Shown in pieces: positions 59,943-64,000 of a stretch of 64,000 nucleotides of DNA. Under the pieces are notes generated by a model. It saw nothing but the letters and a program-made list of their open reading frames with translations. It did not search any database and was not told where the DNA came from. This DNA is from Schmidtea nova (lineage: Eukaryota): assembly GCA_044892505.1 (NCBI GenBank), contig CM097882.1, forward strand, positions 336,350,001 through 336,414,000, written 5' to 3'. How positions within the stretch are numbered: the first letter of the stretch is position 1; every line of letters starts with the position of its first letter. The position numbers were made by a program, and so were the translations under genes.

Positions 59943-60966
59943 AGAATTATTGATAATAATAATAAAAAAAGATCAAAGGTGAAAAAAGATAATTATGATA
60001 TTTTTATTATTATTATTATTATTATTATGATTATTGTTATGATTATTATTATTATGATTATTAGAATATTATTATTATTATTATATATTTTTTTATTATT
60101 ATTTTTTTTATATATTATTGTTATCATTATCATTATCATTATTATTATCATTATTATAATATANNNNNNNNNNNNNNNNNNNNNNNNNNNNNNNNNNNNN
60201 NNNNNNNNNNNNNNNNNNNNNNNNNNNNNNNNNNNNNNNNNNNNNNNNNNNNNNNNNNNNNNNNNNNNNNNNNNNNNNNNNNNNNNNNNNNNNNNNNTTG
60301 AACATATTTCGGAACCCGATGACAATAAAATATTCAACAGTTTGCCACAGGTTCGGACCAAGGGTTCGGATGGGCTTCATAAAAGACGGTTGAAAAAAAG
60401 TGATGAAAATGACAAAATGTAATAATAAAAAAACTTTACTCACAGAAGACTAAAAAGCAGAAATAAATAAATATAAAACTTTTTAATATACCACGTTTTT
60501 AAAATAGACTAAAACGTGGAACGCATGTAATATATGCATTGTATGTATAAATTATAATACAATTCCAATGGCTACATAATACTTAAGAAGTTTAACTATG
60601 ATGTTAAAAGAATTCACTCCTTAGTTAAAACCACTTGTGAGTTGAGCATAATTAATTGTTAATGAACAATCTGAACTATATTATATGCATATATTACATG
60701 CACTCCACGTTATTAAATTTCACAAACGTTTTCATAGATTTTAAAATCTTACAATCATAAGCCTCAGAATTTTCTGTGTGGGAGTACAAAAATTATTTTC
60801 TTTTTAGTCCCTTTTAAAAACGTGGTACATTATAAAGTTTATTATTTATTTTACAATCATTTTTATTTGTTTCAATATGATTTTAGATCAGGTGAATTTT
60901 ATAATAAAATCAATAAACTTAAAAAGTTAATTATGAACAAATATAATTTAAAAACTAAAATTTTAG

Positions 60967-61369
60967 ATATTAAAGCACGAATGGCCAAAAAATTGGCCGA
61001 CATTTATCCAGGATATTGTCGACAGCAGCCGTAGCAATGAAGCGCTGTGTCAGAATAACATGGTTATAATAAAACTGTTTAGTGAGGAAGTGTTTGATTT
61101 CGCTCTCGATCAAATGACACAAACAGAAATCAAAGATTTAAAAGTTTCAATGTGTAGTGAATTTTCCCACATTTTCCTATTGTGTCAATACGTTTTGTTC
61201 CATTCTCAAAATGCAATGCTTGTCGTGTCGACTCTCGAAACGTTGTTGAAATTTATGCACTGGATTCCACTAGGATAAATTTTCGTAAGAAATCTGAATA
61301 AAACTTTAATAAAATTTCTCAAAGTTCGGATGTTCCGGAATGTCACGTTGCAATGTTTAACAGAAATGG
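60967..61369 (+). pseudogene. XPO1: Exportin-1 (CRM1) internal exon with an in-frame stop
   Basis: ILKHEWPKNWPTFIQDIV...LCQNNMVIIKLFSEEVFDF...TLETLLKFMHWIPLG*IF...FRNVTLQCLTE; AG and GT boundaries; TAA at 61276. Confidence 0.88.
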
Positions 61370-62897
61370 GTAAATTTCGTTTTTGTTTGTATTGATTAAA
61401 TTTTATTAAATTTATTATTAATATTTTGTGAATTAATTTAATTATTTTTAATTTTAGTTGTTAATTATTGATTANNNNNNNNNNNNNNNNNNNNNNNNNN
61501 NNNNNNNNNNNNNNNNNNNNNNNNNNNNNNNNNNNNNNNNNNNNNNNNNNNNNNNNNNNNNNNNNNNNNNNNNNNNNNNNNNNNNNNNNNNNNNNNNNNN
61601 NNNNNNNNNNNNNNNNNTACTATTGTTACCTTATTATTATATTTTAATAAACTCTGCTAACGNNNNNNNNNNNNNNNNNNNNNNNNNNNNNNNNNNNNNN
61701 NNNNNNNNNNNNNNNNNNNNNNNNNNNNNNNNNNNNNNNNNNNNNNNNNNNNNNNNNNNNNNNNNNNNNNNNNNNNNNNNNNNNNNNNNNNNNNNNNNNN
61801 NNNNNNNNNNNNNGCCTTAAAGAATAAAAAGATAAAGGTTTAATAATAGCAATACTTAATTACTTAAAATAGATTAAAATAATAAATAATTACTATAAAT
61901 ATAAAATTAGAGAAAACAATTACTAAAAATAGAATCAAGCTATTTTTGGTAATTATTAATAAAGAATTAGTTAAAAATAGTAATTTTTAAATACTAATTA
62001 TGGAATTATTAGTTTGTTGTAAGTATATAAACCCTAGCAAAACAAAGCGAGGGGACGAAAATACTTTTGACGAGATAGTAGACGAGGAAATTTGGGACGA
62101 CAATTTAACGATCAAGAAAACGTTGTGGAACAACCCGATGCTTTTGCTTTTCCAAAAATATAGTATATAAACTTTCTTGTCAAAAATGTGACGCTACTTA
62201 CATAGGAGAAACACATAGAACTTTTCGCACCCGACTTAATGAACACACTAAAATCAAAACCAGTAATTATTACGAACACTGGGAGAAAGTACATAAAACA
62301 ACTCCATCTATAGAAGAAACAAAATGCCAGATTCTACAAGAGGGATTCAAAAATTCATTACAAAGATTAGCTTCCGAGACTTTTTTCATAAAAAAATACA
62401 AACCTTCCATCAACATTCAATTCGCACAAAAAAATTAAAATAAATTTTTTTATCCAATAAAATCATTATAAAATATTAAAAAAATAATTAAGGCTACTAT
62501 TTAGGATTAAGTAAATATAACGATAGAAATACACACTTGATAAAGGCTGTGCCGAAATATTGTGTTATTGTTTATAAAAAAAATTTGATCTATAGTCATT
62601 ATGAGAATTATTGATAATAATAATAAAAAAAGATCAAANNNNNNNNNNNNNNNNNNNNNNNNNNNNNNNNNNNNNNNNNNNNNNNNNNNNNNNNNNNNNN
62701 NNNNNNNNNNNNNNNNNNNNNNNNNNNNNNNNNNNNNNNNNNNNNNNNNNNNNNNNNNNNNNNNNNNNNNNNNNNNNNNNNNNNNNNNNNNNNNNNNNNN
62801 NNNNNNNNNNNNNNNNNNNNNNNNNNNNNNNNNNNNNNNNNNNNNNNNNNNNNNNNNNNNNNNNNNNNNNNNNNNNNNNNNNNNNNNNNNNNNNNNG

Positions 62898-64000
<1,103 letters not shown>

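Overview
AT-rich eukaryotic (animal-type) genomic DNA with short GT-AG introns (about 50-80 nt), TAA/TAT microsatellites and N-gaps; a triclad flatworm would fit but this is only inference. The standout is a giant LTR-type element spanning 1-22042. It has ~4.3-kb LTRs (TGTTGGG...CCCACCA; 1-1236 equals 20807-22042 with no difference found by eye) and a tRNA-Pro-like primer-binding site. Its 16.5-kb interior holds eight intact, intronless, same-strand ORFs: a RING E3, a Ubl-like/aspartic-protease/ankyrin polyprotein, a TRAF, a BIR-RING IAP, three coiled-coil proteins and a type-I membrane protein. No RT, RNase H or integrase is visible. Every ORF has a YAG splice-acceptor-like site 0-6 nt before its ATG, and most spacers carry UGUA/AAUAAA signals, suggesting a polycistron resolved by splicing. 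A diverged sister LTR (22057-26006), an LTR-end fragment (~31.9 kb) and a decayed copy of the membrane-protein gene (~59 kb) indicate an old mobile family. The rest of the window is a transposon and pseudogene graveyard: hAT, a Gypsy element, a MULE derivative, Penelope-like and gag remnants, fragments of alpha-actinin, RNF103, TRAF, cyclophilin and exportin-1, and an HSP90-ubiquitin-gag chimera. All homology calls come from motif recognition by eye, not from database searches.
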